DNA of 64,000 nucleotides from Amphiscolops sp. MND2022 (Eukaryota): contig OZ076410.1 in the NCBI GenBank assembly GCA_964187785.1, positions 100,750,001-100,814,000 on the forward strand. Reading direction: 5' to 3'. A program made the position numbers and the translations under genes. Positions 36,101 to 51,100 of the stretch are shown here, piece after piece; position 1 is the first letter of the stretch; each line of letters starts with the position of its first letter. The notes beneath the pieces were generated by a model, which did not search any database, had not been told where the DNA came from, and saw only the letters and a program-made list of their open reading frames with translations.

Positions 36101-39100
36101 TTGTACCGATTTGGTCAGGTCATTTATGTATAACAAGACAAGGATTGGTCCAAGAACTGAGCCCTGCGGAATTCCAGTACGAATTAATCCTAAATTGGAG
36201 TTAGAGCCATTGACTTGTGTATATTGGTATCTATCTGACAGATATGACTTCAAGAGTGCTGACACATGACCTCTCAAGCCCATATTTTCTAGTTTAAGAA
36301 TGAGAATTTCATGATCAATAGTGTCAAATGCCTTTTTCAAATCGAGGAAAACGCAAAACGATGCGACTTGTTGATCTTTCGACGCTCTTATTTGCTCCAT
36401 CACGCATGCTAGTGCATCTACAGTGTTTCTTTTTTTCCTGAATCCAAACTGGTTGTCATCGAGCAGCTTGAATTTTCCGACATAAGAGTATACCCGTTTA
36501 AAAGTGATTCGCTCAAGCACTTTCGATATCGCAGAAGGCAAGGATATGGGTCGATAATTCGAGAAATCATCTTTATTACCTTCTTTGAAGATAGGAATAA
36601 TTTTAGCGATTTTGAACTGGTCAGGAAAATAACTTAGGTTCATACACCTGTTGAAAAGAATTTCTAAGGGAGACGATACCACCGAACAACAATACTTAAG
36701 GAGCCTATTGCTTATTCCGTCCACACCAGTCGAAGTCTTGTTTTTAGCATTTGAAATTATCGAAATAACTTCTTCCACGGAAGTGCGTCTAAGGAACATT
36801 GAGTGCATTGTATATCCCGAGTTATTTTGTGCGAAAGGAGTTTTCTCTATTGATTGCTGATTTTTTTAGCTGGTTTTTAATTGCTGTTACCGTATTTCTT
36901 CGAATAGAATTCGCCCCCGAATATAGGCCGCCCCCGATTAAAAGCCGCATTAGGCCTGAAAATTTTATCTCAAAAACCACAGCTTACCGTATCTCTTGGA
37001 ATATAGGCCGCGAACTCACTACGGAGAAAATCACTACAAGCCGCGGCCTGTATTCGAAGAAATACCACGGTACAGTAGAGACTGCTTAATAGCAAGTCGC
37101 ACAATAGCAATTGATGTTTGTTAGCAAGACGCCCATAGGAACGAACCAATCATTTGGGCTTTAATCATTTGGGTTTCAATAGCAAGATTTTAAGAGTGAC
37201 GAAGCGACTTGCTATTAAGCAGTTTCTACAGTACAGTCGAACTCGGATAAAAGAAACACGGATAAAAGAAACATTCGGATATAAGAAACGTTTTCACCCC
37301 TCCTTTGCTTTTATGCAAGTCAAACTTTCTACGTTAATAGGGCAACTGATAAAAGAAACTGGATAAAAGAAACCCTTTTCTCACCGCCCAATGAGTTTCT
37401 TTTATCCGAGTTTGACTGTATTTTATTGTTTGATGATCTTATTATTGATCGATCTACTATGAACGATAGATGTGATTTACTCGACGTACTTGTGGAGCAG
37501 TTTGAGGGCTTCTTCGGTGGTCATGGTCCTCATGAACAGAGCCAGGATGTAAGAGGACACGATCACTTCCATATCGCCCACTTGGCTCAAAAACGCCCCG
37601 TACAGACTCTCGAACTTCTCTCGGTCTTTGCCCTTGAAATCCAGCACCTACAAAACAACACCACAAAAAGTTGCAATCAAAAATGAATTAGGAATCAGTA
37701 TAAACAAGCCGGGAACGGCCCAAGTCGGCGCCATATCTAAGGCTCAAAAAGACTCGAAAACCACTTTTTCTACAACTGGAGACAACAAAAGCTCTCAGAA
37801 AACTAAAAATTGAGAAAAAAAAATCCGAATTTTTTTTGAATTATTTTTTCGAAGTTTCCGGTAAGTCGCATAGTGCCGAAAAATGTAAAAGGGGGGACGC
37901 TTTTTATCTCATGTTAGACGCTTTGGATGCGTTGAAAATGAAGTACTAAGTACATATGGTAAAAATTGGTAAATGTGCATTAATTGCCTTAATGCACAAA
38001 AAGTGGACGTTCGCGTTGAACTGACGAAAAAAACTAGCCACTGTAAGAGTCGGGATTTTCTTCGAAAACGCCGACTAAAAAGGCCCCTGCGGGAAACAGT
38101 ATTATTTCTGCTTTTCGGCTTTCATGTTCAATAAAAGAAGCATATGCTAATCATTTATATAGCGAACAATTAATCAATGTACAAGTTTACACCGCTTTTA
38201 ATTCTTCTCGGACTAAAGTAAATACAACTACCAAGCGTAGACGAAGTTTCGTATTCGCATTTGAAAGCAGGCGAAGCTTTCGGCGAACGAACAATTAACA
38301 CTTGCTCGCTGCATCTCAATAACTCGGCGTACGAATGCATAATTACCCCTCGCTCGTTTCATCGCACCAGAAAAGAATTGTCGTCGGCAGCTTGAGAAAT
38401 TTAAATCTCACGCTTCTACTCACTGCCGAAGAACAAAATATCTGATTTTTTCATTAGGAATTAGAATCGCTACGAAAAGTTGACTGAAAAAAAGTTGCAA
38501 AGTTCAGATTTCAATATTATTCCTTCTATCGCGAAATAATTAAAACAATGAAAGGCGGCACAATCAATTGAATCAATGAGAAATACTAAATGTTAACCGT
38601 GTATGTGGGAGACATCTGCCAAGGAGCCCGTCTAGAAAAGGTATTTCCAAAAGAGTATCTGTTCGGTTTGGATGTTACTGAGGACTTGCTCATTCCTCGA
38701 GGGGTTAGAGAAGAATCATTCGTTTTTCCTATTATTATGCTTCTTCTGATTCACAATGTGATCTTTTCAAGAAAATTTACCTTCTCATGCAGATGCCGCC
38801 TCAACTACTTTTATTAAATACCAGATTAAATTAATAAACAATTAAAATAATGAATTACATTATCTAGTTATACAATATAAAAACATAATTTATACACATA
38901 CAAGAGGAACATTTTAAGTACCAGAAGATTACCGAAAAGCGGATATCCGATTGAAGCGAGCCTTTGAGAATATAATTATGAATGTAGGAGCATTTATTGT
39001 TAAAAAAGCCAGATCAGGGTCAACATAAAAAACTCTAGAGAAAAGCCCCAGATAGCCAGATTTCGTTTCATTGAAAACGAAATAGTTAGACATAGAAAAC

Positions 39101-42100
39101 ATATATTTTAAGCTAAAACTTGTAAAAAAAAATCCTCTTAAGATACTTATGCAGAAAACTTTCTACAAATAACTTACTTTTTATATTTCAAAAATCATTG
39201 ATTTTGACAACAAAGACTAAAACGAAAATTAAAATACGATACATTCAAGAAAATGGGGAGAGGGAAATTTGATGCATTGGGGAATAACAGTTGGAATTTC
39301 CGAGAAATCGCTTTTCAACAAAGTTCACAATAAGCTGGAAGCTGGAAACCAAGCTACTTTAGGTCATACAGGTGTCATTTCGTCCTGCAAAATTTCAACT
39401 ATTGCCATCTGAATCGTTCTCAATTTCAATTTGATACATCTCCAATTAACAGCAATCTCTTCCTGAACAATTTTGGCAAACTGGTCTTAACTGGTTTGTA
39501 ACATTATTCCATCAGAATGCTTGGAATCAGAAGTTTCAAATTGCGGTATTTTTGGTTACCGGTGATATGCAACTCAAATAATATACAGTGCTAAGTCCGT
39601 AATTCTATTCTACTGGAAGATTTCATTGAATAGGAGTTCTACAAAATCTCTCAGATTTTATACCATGCATTACATACTCTAAAAGTTTCATCAAAATTTA
39701 TTTCAAAACTCACAAATCGAAAGACAACAAAGACTATATTAGACAGAATTGTAACTACCACAATTTACAATACCTTCGAAACGAAGAGTTTCAACTGAAA
39801 AATTGTCATACTGAGCTCATAACGGTTTCATTCAGGAAGAAGAAAAGATGAAAAACTGGAAGGAAGCGGGGTTCGAACCTGTTTTATTTGAGAGACACTG
39901 GAGAAAATGTTTTGCAACTCTTCATATCGTTTTGTTAGCAGTTCGTCGAAAGAAGGACCATTAGGCGCAATCGTTCCATCCAGAGAAATATTTGTTCCCC
40001 AATCGCTGTAAATTTTCCCTAAAATGGGTTGGAAAAATACAAGATTTTGATTTTTAGCCCACGTTTTCGATTTTTAATTGGTCAAAGTGTACCCTTCACT
40101 TTCATAAATGTTTTCGGCTTTAAAAAAGCGTTTTGCGAGCTTAAAGTCCCTTTGTCGGCAATATGGGACTTTTTTCCAAAGACAGTTTCGAAAAATTATT
40201 GTCAAAAATAGGTTTTTTGATAATAAGAGTAAGGAAGAAAGTCTAATGGATCCCTTCGGGTTTTTTGGCCCTGCAAATTTGATAAATTTCTCACAATAGT
40301 GTCCCTTTGCACATTTAAAAAACTTGGTTTTTAGTCGGCGCTTTTATTAATAAAAGAGCCCGACTATTACAGTCACTCGTTTTTTTATTTAGGACAGACT
40401 CGAAGCGACGAACGTTAACGTTCAGTATCTTCAACTAAAGGAAACTAAACGAATACCCCGGAAACGCATCTAAGTTATTCCAAAGGGCCCCCTTTTGGTT
40501 TTTTACTTTTTAAACGTTACCTACAAACACGGACGTGCCTAAAGGGTCCCCCCTTTGGATTTTTTCGGCACTGTGCGACTTTTTTTCGAAGTTTTTTGAT
40601 ATTTTGCAACGGAATGTATGTCAATAAATCCAGAAGGGTCCCCCTTTTACATTTTTCGGCACTATGCGACTTTTTTGGAAAGAATTTTTTTTCAAAAATT
40701 TCAAGTTTTTTTCCAAAAAATGTTTTGCGCTTTTTGAGCCTTAGATATGGCGCCGACTTTAGACGTTCTCGTCTTGCTTTAAACTTTAAGAGGGGCGCCG
40801 ACTTGGGCCAATCCCGCCTTGTCATCTATTTCAATATAATACTTTTGTCCAAAGAAGAAAATGGGAAGATAAAAGTTTCAATGTTTTACCCATTATCTCA
40901 ATTTTAACTTACACGTCTCATTTTTCATTTTATTGACTAAATGCCTCTTAAAATGAAACTATTTGTTTAATCTAAATTAGTCAGGGGATGGTGTTTTTTA
41001 AATAGAAAAAGTTGATTGTAAAAGTAGAACTTTACGCAATGTTTATATAAAAAATTCAATTGGCCATGAAAAAAAATACCTCATCTATAATACCTTACAA
41101 CCATACTACTGAGCTAGAGATGAAAGACTTGCTTAAGACTGAGCCAACTATGATGCGTTGAGAGAGATTCGAACCTGTTACCGCCCCAGTATGGACGAAT
41201 GCTCTAACCACTACACCATGCTCCCTTCTTCTATAATACCGCACCCTTTTCTATCTTCAAAAAATTGCGAAAAATTTGAGAGAAAACAAGACTAGAACGT
41301 CTAAAGTCGGCGCTATATCTAAAGCTCATAAAGCGTAAAACATTTTTTTCGAAAAAAAAATTTGAATTGTTTGATTTTCTTCTTTCGGAAAATGTCGCAT
41401 ACTGCCGAAAAATGCAAAATGGGGGACCCTTTGGGTTTCATTAACATACATTCTGTTGCAAAAAATAAAACTCGAAGGGGGACCCATTTGAGACATTAAA
41501 AATGTTCGGAAAAAGTCGCAGAGTGCCGAAAAAAATCGAAAGAGGGACCCTATAGACTCGTCCAGTTTTGTATGTTACGTTTAAAAAGTAGAAAATGAAA
41601 GGGGGGATCCCTTTGCACTAAGTCTGCCTTGGCCGGCAAGTAGTTTTAGTAGTCTGAGTAGTTTTGGTAGTTTTTGTACACAAAGTGGACCGATCAGTGT
41701 GAGGATTGGCATCTGAAGAAAAACAAACCGGGAACGGCCCAAGTCGGCGCCATATATAAGGCTCACAAATGGCAAAGTATTGGTGAATTAGGGACCGTTT
41801 AATGAAGAAAATGAAAAAAAGTCTCACAATGCCGAAAAAATTGAAAGGGGGACCCTTTGGGATTTTTTAACATCAATTATGTCTGAAAATATCAAAAAAT
41901 TGAAGGGGGGACCCTTTGGTGAAATTTGTTTTCGAAAAAAAGTCTCACAGAGCCGAAAATACTCTAAGGGAGTACCCTTTGGCCCCGTTGAGTTTCTTAG
42001 ATGATGTAAAAACACTACTTCGTAAGCTAAGTAAGAATTGTAAGAAATTGTAAGATTGTAAGAATTGTAAGAAAAGTGGACCATTCAGAGTGAGATTGTC

Positions 42101-45100
42101 AGCTGAAAAAAACTAGCCACTGTAATAGTCGGACATTTTTCACTAGAACAGCGCCAACTAAAAACAGGGATCAACTTACTTAGGACTCGTCTGGCCTCGA
42201 TGGCATTCTTCCGGGGCGACTCTTCAATGTCGAATGCCTCGTCGGCTCCGAACAAGGCCATGGAAATTTCCAGCTCCGAGTTGTGGGGGGCAATCACTCG
42301 AGAATCGGCCGTGCTCGTGTTGTGAGAAAGAGACTCTTGCGACTCTTCGCCCGGGTTCCGGTCGCTAGCAGAAAGTTGAGTTAATCATCATTTAAATTAA
42401 CTTATCAGGGTTTTCAACAGGGTTGTAGAAAACGTTTTTTTTAGAAAAACGTCGTTTTTGAAGTTTTTTCTCATAAAAGTCGCGTTTTAGATCGATTTTT
42501 TCCAAAGCAGTTTCTCGACAATTTCTATCAAAACGCAGGGCGTGAAACTAATTGATACTTCAATTATGAGTATAATGGTATACAAATTAAATATTTCAAC
42601 AAAACGCATCAAAAATTTCAATTCTTCAGCATTTTTGGCAAAAGCTCAGTTTCTGAACTTTCTCGTGAGACAATTTGTTCCGCAATTCTGATTGAGTATA
42701 GCCCATAGTACTAAATCAAAATGTCAAAAAAGACGATCAAAAAACATCTGTAAAAAAACCGGAGAATTATTTCCCGAACTCAATCGCGATTTAAATCGGT
42801 GGGAATTTTTTTGACAACCCTGGTTTTCAAAACGCTTTTCCCGAAAAAAAAAACAGTATTATTCGGGGAAAACCTTGTCTTATTCCTACAGCCGTGGTAG
42901 CGAAGTAAAGCACAATCTTGGAGCTAACTTTATTTTTTGAGTGAAAAATTAATCATGATGAAACTTTGAAAAGCTTGCAGAGTAGCTAATTTTCTTACTT
43001 GATAGAGTTTCATCCATTAACTGCATTGGATAAAATCAAGTTTGCCATATCACTGGTGAAAAAAAGTCGACAGTTTAACGTGAAGCTGGAGAAAAACTAG
43101 TCAATATAAAAACCGCGTCTTTTTTCAAAGGCGCCGACTAAAATCGAGGCCGAACAAAAACTTTTTCAGTGACGAAACCAAAAAATGCTACAGATCTGAC
43201 AAATATAGTTTGTCATAAAAAGTGTGTTTTTCCAAAATTTGTTAGCGTTATTTTTTGAAGTTGAAGAGTCAGAATAATAAGATTTATAGAACGATTTAAA
43301 GAAAGATTTATAGAATATTAACGATTTATGAAACAAAAGATAATAATGATGGCTCTTTATCGACTTGAAATAAGGTAGGTTATATGGAGTGTGACGAGAT
43401 ATATATCAGAGTTTGAGCTCATCCGCAATCGCTCACAGAAATGAATAGGAAATCAATCGGAGCAAACAATGAAAAATTTCACACAACATTTCGTCTGAAA
43501 TGAATTATTTGCATCACTTCGAAAATATCCAATCAAAACTTCTTCAACTATCTGGAAAATTTCAGGGAACACACTATACAAATAACGCCACTTCACTTTC
43601 TATTTGAATGCTCAAAGTCTGAAACCTTTAGAAAACTTAGTTTTTTGAATCCATACTAAGTTTCGCCAGGAGCACGGAATGTAACAAAAACCCCAAAATC
43701 CCGCATAACAACCCAAGTTAACCAGTTGGAAACCAAAACAAGCCGGGACCGGCCCAAGTCGGCGCCATATCTAAGGCTCAAAAATAGCACAAAGACTTCA
43801 AAGTGTCAAGTTTTCTCTTCTACAGTACCCGAAACAACCAAAAGTTGGACCAAATTGGCGCGCCCTTTCGACATTTTTTAACATCCATTCTGTTGCGAAA
43901 TATCAAAAACAAGCCGGGACCGGCCCAAGTCGGCGCCATATCCAAGGCTCAAAAAGAGCAAAAAGACTTCCAAGTGTCAAGTACTCTTTTACAGTACTCG
44001 AAAATCGAAATTTTTTGAAAAAAAAATTTTTCGAAAAAATTACATATTCAAAAAATGGACCGAGTGGCGCGCCGGGGCTCGCGCTAGCGCGAGCCCCTGG
44101 CGCGCTAAAAGGGGGACACGTCCGAAATTGTCAACATTTTTGTCGCAGTTGAAGGGGGCACCCTTCGGAGAAAAAACAAATTTTCGAAAAAAATCTTACA
44201 ATGCCGAAAAACTGAAAGGGGGGACCCTTTGAGGTTTTTCAACATGCATTCTGTCGGAAAACATGAAAAAATTGAAGAAAACAAAAATTTTCATTTTCGG
44301 GAAAAATCTCACAATGCCGAAAAAAACTGAAAGGGGGACCCTTTGGGATTTTTCAACATCCATTCTGTCGCAAAACATCAAAAAAATGCAGGGGGACCCT
44401 TTGGGGAAAATTTTTTTCGAAAAAAAGTCTCGCAGTGCCGAAAAAAATGAAAGGGGGGAGTCTTTGGTCTCGCCCGGTATGGTATGTTACGCGGAAAAAC
44501 AGGAAAAACCTTTTTGGTTCAGTTCGCTAGACCGAATAGTGCATTTTGATGCAATAATATTTTGTAGAACTTTTGTAGAACTATTTAGGTCAGTTCGTGT
44601 GGATAGAAAAAAAAGAGTCACTATAATAGTCGCGTTTCACTTCATGAAGCGCCGACTAAAAATGAAGGGGAACCCTTTGCAGACAATAAAAATTTTTCGG
44701 AAAAAAAGTCTCACAATGCCGAAAAAACTGAAAGGGGGACCCTTTAGTCTCGCCTGGTATTGTATGTTAAGCTGGAAAAGAAGGAGAAACTTTTTATATT
44801 TGAGTTCCTCGTGCCAAAAGATCCAATTTGGAACCTGAACTTTCAAAGAACTATTTTGGTCAGTTCGTGTGGATTGAATAAAGTCACTAGTAACGTCGCG
44901 TTTCACTACATTTAGCGCCGAATGAAAACTAGATGATTAAATCACTGGTCGCTGATGGCGTTGGCAGAAGAGTCGATAAGCTGGGCGGAGGTTTGCAACA
45001 GATTTGGTGCCGCCCCATCTGTGGTCGTTCCTGCGTGTTGCACCCCAATTACACCTTCGGCTGGGTCCTCTTCGTTTTCTGGGTCCGATTCGTACGGATT

Positions 45101-48100
45101 CAAGCTCTGATGCGACCGAAGCTCGGCTGCGTGCATTGCGCTGGCTGAAAAGTACGATGTGAAATCATAACATGAATCATACGGAACGTTTATGTAGACC
45201 CGAAAAACTGAGGCCCGATAATGAAATGTTATCTGAGGCCCGAAACTTTGTTCATCGAAATTATTATAATAACGTAGTCAGCTATATTCACATACCCCTA
45301 GTGCCCTAAATGCAGGAGCGAAGCGACGTGCCATATGGCCATGCCTCAATGTTGCTACTTGGCGAAGGGAGCGAAGCGACCGAGCCATACAACAAATATG
45401 CTAACTTCTTCAAATAAATCAAGTTAAATACATATTGGCTGATATAATATTATTTGACGCTAATAGTCACCGAATTGATCGGGCCTCAAATTACACTAGC
45501 TTCGGGCCTCAAATATGCTACCCGAATCATATTATGACGTCATTTTGACTATCGAACCTGATTGGACACGACTGATTGGAGAACTACGAAGTTGTCTCGG
45601 TTAATGACGTCATTTTGACTATCGAACCTGATTGGACACGACTAGTTTGACATTTCTCGTTGAATCAAGAAATTAGGCTGAGAGAATACCATCTTTCAAT
45701 TTGACCCTTTTTTGTAATCCCACACCCCTCACACATAATCAAAACTTTCAAAAAGAAATTTTAAAAAGATATTCAAACTGACCTGAAATTAGAAGCGAAA
45801 TTTTTCCCTAAAAGGAAGTTAGCTTCTATTGTAATAGTTTATCGTTTTAACAAAACTTTTTTCTACAAATTTTGAATGGGATTATATTTAAATTAACTGT
45901 GTTTTGTGACTCGAAAAATGAAGCTGTTGATTTTCTAATCATGAAACTGTAAATGTTAACAAAGTTTATATCTGGATTAGGGATGTACCGGGATGCGTTT
46001 TTGAGTTCCGGCCGGAACCGGACCGGAACTTTGACTGTGCTATCCTACATTTACGTTCTCTGAAAAAAAGTTGCAGAAATTTCTGACATCACCTCTGTCA
46101 TCTGTTTATTCAGAAAGGCTGTTCTCCGAATTCGGAAACATATATGAAGAAAAAAGAAGCAGACTTCTTCCAGAAACTGGCGAAAAACTTTTATTTCTTC
46201 ACCATAATCTGAAATTGTTTTAGTCAATTGTATCAATTTATGAAACAATTTAAAACAATTTGGAAACAATGCTGTTTTTAAGAGAACTTTGTTCCGGCCG
46301 GAACCAATGATGATTCCGGCCGGAACCGGAACCGGAACTTTTTTGGAATTCCGGTACATCCCTAATCTGGATCCAAAACTGTCACCTTAAAATTAAATTC
46401 AAAATTGAAGGTTTCTCATTTGGGTTTTAGTCGTTTGTCCTAAGATTCGCACTAATTTTCTTTTAAAAATTTGGTGGTGGGGAAAACAGAAAAGAACCAA
46501 AACTTAATTTAAAATGAAACAAAAACGTGCTAGACTTCTGATAATTTACGTTGGTCACAAAGCCAGGCGAAGCTTGGAGTTGGGGCATAGTTGAAGTCAT
46601 TAGAAGGCGTATGATAGTTTACAAGCAGGAAGCGGCTCAGGAAGCGTATGTGGAAAGCAAAAGCAAAACTGTTCAAAAAATAAAATTGTAATAACAACTC
46701 CGTGAAGCAAGCCAAAAATTGTTAGTGTTAGGCTGTGAGACAAACCATAAAACTCTGATTCCTTCTCAACTAGGAAAGAAAAAAGGAAGATCATGGAAAT
46801 TGAATGATTACATGCTAACTCAAAAGTCACAGCCATTCAAACTGGCCAGTGCAACCAGCTCGTCGTAAGGGCATGAATAGAAACAAAGTCAACAAATTGA
46901 AGCAGCCATCGCCAAGCCAGCGGTTTTAGAAATCCTGAATGTGATGTCGTGGTCATGAATGAAGTTTTCTTGAATCTTACATGGACCTTTCATGCGTCAT
47001 GCTAGGATTTCTCAAGAATCATGCATGGACTTTTCATGAATCATGCAGGGACATTTCATCTGAATCATGCATGGACTTCTCATATATCATGCATGGACTT
47101 TTCATGAATCATGCATGGACTTTTCATGAATCATGCATGGACATCTCATATAAATCATGCATGGACTTTTCATGAATCATGCATGGAGATTTCATATGAA
47201 TCATGCATGGACTCTTCTTGAATCATGCTAGGATTTCTCATGAATCGTGCATGGACTTTCCATGAATCATGCATGGACTTTTCATGAATCATGCATGGAC
47301 ATTTCATATGAATCATGAATGGACTCTTCTTGAATCATGCTAGGATTTCTCATGAATCGTGCATGGACTTTCCATGAATCATGCATGAACTTCTCATATA
47401 TCATGCATGGACTTTTCATAAATCATGCATGGACAATTCATGAATCATGCATGGACTTTTCATGAATCATGCATGGACATTTGATATGAATCATGCATGG
47501 ACTCTTCTTGAATCATGCTAGGATTTCTCATGAATCATGCGTGGACTTTTCACGAATCATGCATGGACATTTCATATGAATCATGCATGGACTTTTCATA
47601 TATCATGCATGGACTTTTCATAAATAATGCATGGACTTTTCATGAATCATGCATGGACAATTCATGAATGATGCATGAATTTTTTATGAATCATGCATGG
47701 ACTTTTCATGAATCATACAAGGACGTTTCATGAATCATGCATGGACTTTTCATGAATCATGCATGGACATCTCATAAATCATGCACGGACTTTTCATATA
47801 TCATGCACGGACTTTTCATGAATCGTGCATGGACATCTCATAAATCATGCACGGACTTTTCATGAATCATGCTGGGATTTCTCACGAATCATGCGTGGAC
47901 TTTTCATGAATGATGCATGGACATTTCATATGAATCATGCATGGACTTTTCATATATCATGCATGGACTTTTCATAAATAATGCATGGACTTTTCATGAA
48001 TCATGCATGGACAATTCATGAATCATGCATGGATTTTTTATGAATCATGCATGGACCTTTCATGAATCAAACAAGGACGTTTCATGAATCATGCATGGAC

Positions 48101-51100
48101 TTTTCATGAATCATGCATGGACATCTCATATAAATCATGCATGGACTTTTCATGAATCATGCCTGGACTTTTCATGAATCATGCTAGGATTTCTCATGAA
48201 TCATGCATGGACTTTTCATGAATCATGCATGGTTTTTTCATGAATCATGCATGGACTCTTCTTGAATCATGCTGGATTTCTCATGAATCATGCATGGACT
48301 TTTCATATATCATGCATGGACTTTTCATGAATAATGCGGGGACTTTTCATATATCATGCATGGACTTTTCATGAATCATGCCTGGAATTTTCATGAATCA
48401 TGCCTGGACTTTTCATGAATCATGCATGGACTCTTCTTGAATCATTCTAGGATTTCGCATGAATCATGCATGGACTTTTCATGAATCATGCATGGACTTT
48501 TCATGAATCATGCATGGACATTTCATATATCATGCATGGACGTTTCGTGAATCATGTATGGACAATTCATGAATCATGCATGGACTTTTTATGAATCATG
48601 CATGGACTTTTCATGAATCATGTATGAAGTTCTCAAGAATCACACAAGATCGTTTCATGGATCATGCATGGACTTTTCATGAATTATGCTTGGACAATTC
48701 ATGAATCATGCATGGACTTTTTATGAATCATGCTAGGATTTCTCATGAATCATGCATGGAGTTTTCATTTATCATGCATGGACTTTTCATGAATAATGCG
48801 TGGACTTTTCATATATCATGCATGGACTTTTCATGAATCATGCATGGACTCTTCTTGAATCTTACTAGGATTTCTCATGAATCATGCATGGACTTTTCAT
48901 GAATCATGCATGGACATCTCATATGAATCATGCAAGATCTTGTCATATATCATGCATGGACTTTTCATGAATCATGCATGGACATCTCATATGAATCATG
49001 CAAGGACTTTTCACATATCATGCGTGAACTTTTCATGAATCATGCATGGGCTTTTCATATGAATCATGCATGGACTCTTCTTGAATCATGCTAGGATTTC
49101 TCACGAATCATGCATGGACTTTTCATGAATCATGCATGGACTTTTCATGAATCATACAAGGACGTTTCATGAATCATGCATGGACTTTTCACGAATCATG
49201 CATGGACATCTCATATAAATCATGCATGGACATCTCATATAAATCATGCATGGACTTTTCATATATCATGCGTGGACTTTTCATGAATCATGTATGGACT
49301 TTTCATGAATCCATATATGGACTTTTCAAGAATCATGCATGGGCTTTACATTAATCATGCATTGATTTTTAATGAACCGTGCACGAAATTTCTATGAATC
49401 ATGCAGAGAGTGTCAGCAGGGTGATTACAAACTAACTTCTGGCCTTCCACTCCTGTTTGGCCCTCCTGCCTTGCTCGATCTCAGCCCTTCTTCTGATCTC
49501 ATTCTCGTCACTTCTATCCAGAATGTCTTCCAATCTGGGTCGGGGGATGCCGGGTGCATTCTTCAACAAGCCTTCGTACTCCGACATCGTCCTATACAAA
49601 AAAAAAGTTTTAACAGCAAAAAGATTCATCGTAAAGTCCGAAACTTAAGCCTCGTTCAAATTAAAAGGCAAAGAACTAGTAGTTATTAACAATGAGTCAA
49701 CCAGAATTCAGAACATCGTCATGTATGAAACGAAGTTTTATGCGCCATATTTTTCCGGCAATAATCGTATAATTTTGGGGTGTTTTGATCGAAAACTAAA
49801 AAGGAGTTTTTTCTAACTTTTCACAACATTCAGTTCCACTTTTTCCCAAATCAAAGCAATGCTTGGTTCAAAAAATAACAATAAATGATGGATGATTGAT
49901 CATGAACAGTAAGAGAGTAAGTACTGTTACTTTATCATAATTTTAAAAATTTTGTGTTAGAATTCGTTACGGAATTTTTTGCTACTAACTTCAAGACGTC
50001 GATAAGTTTTGTGGTTCTATCAAGAAACAGATCCACGTGGAACATCAGATGTGCGTCATCGTGAATGCTGATTCCTGATTGGTCCGGAACCGAAGCCGAG
50101 AGGGTGATGTCAGCATTAGTCACCGTTCGGGTTCCCGAGGGCGGCTCGGCTGCGTTTCTATTGGTCGACGCTGCCGATATAGCTGTCGTTTCGTGGTGAG
50201 TCGCTGTACGAGTTTGTTTCAAGGGATGATAAATGGAAAAACATTTTGGCTCAAAATGAACACTTTTAAAAGTCAATTGCCCACCAAAAATGTTTGAAAT
50301 GTCGGCTCTTTTCTGTTTAACCCACCACCTTCCAAATTTTTGGAAATAACTTTGCTTGAAAATTTCACACTGGCCTGATTTAAAGTAAATTCTTTTTCCA
50401 TAACAAGAAGTTATCGTCTGTTATAATATTTTTTTGTTTGATCAAAATATTTTCCGCGCATTTTGAGTATACTATAGTAGTTATGTTCGTATACGAATAT
50501 ATTCACTGTTTTTTCGTGGCTCAAGACAGGATGAGCCAAATGCTGAACAAAGTTTGTAACTCAATTCTAAACTGTCACCCTGGAAATAAATATAAAATTG
50601 AAGGTTTCTGGTTATTTGTAATCAAGTCTTTTTGTTATGATAATTTCACTGATTTTCCAAAAAAAAAATTGGTAGTCGTGGTGGTGGGTTGTTTGGACAG
50701 AAAAGAGCCGAAATGTCGAAATAGTAGTTGTGTTTGCGTATTAATAAAACTTGGATTGATCGATTCGAAAACGATTTACACAGACCTATTTACAAAAATA
50801 GAGTAACAAATAACTTTCGAATGAAAAAAATATCAGAAAAGAGCGATCACTGATTTCTTGATAATTCCAAGTCGTTTTGATCATTGTACTGTATTCGAGT
50901 CAGTACAAACATTCAGACATTCTGTAAGTATCTTGCAAGTTTCATACATTTCAGACAAAAATATGTTATCCTATTTTGCAAATCAGACAATTTCTTGAAC
51001 GGTTCGAATTTCGAAAACTCAAGAAATCAGCCTAAAAAACTAGTTGTAAAAACATATTGGCATTCCAATATATTGCAATAAAATATACTTCAACGAAATT

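Noticed and set aside
41600-41720. Extra dynein exon (ANPHTDRS...)
   Set aside because: Most of it is HINE internal sequence, and the upstream acceptor at 40018 already restores phase between exons 7 and 8.
43735-44906. Many Lys/Phe-rich ORFs containing VGAISKAQK or KGGPF peptides here and elsewhere
   Set aside because: Chance translations of the HINE repeat family.
46953-49404. CRISPR array, or the MNHAWTFHES ORFs
   Set aside because: Plain tandem satellite without spacers; the ORFs are artefacts.
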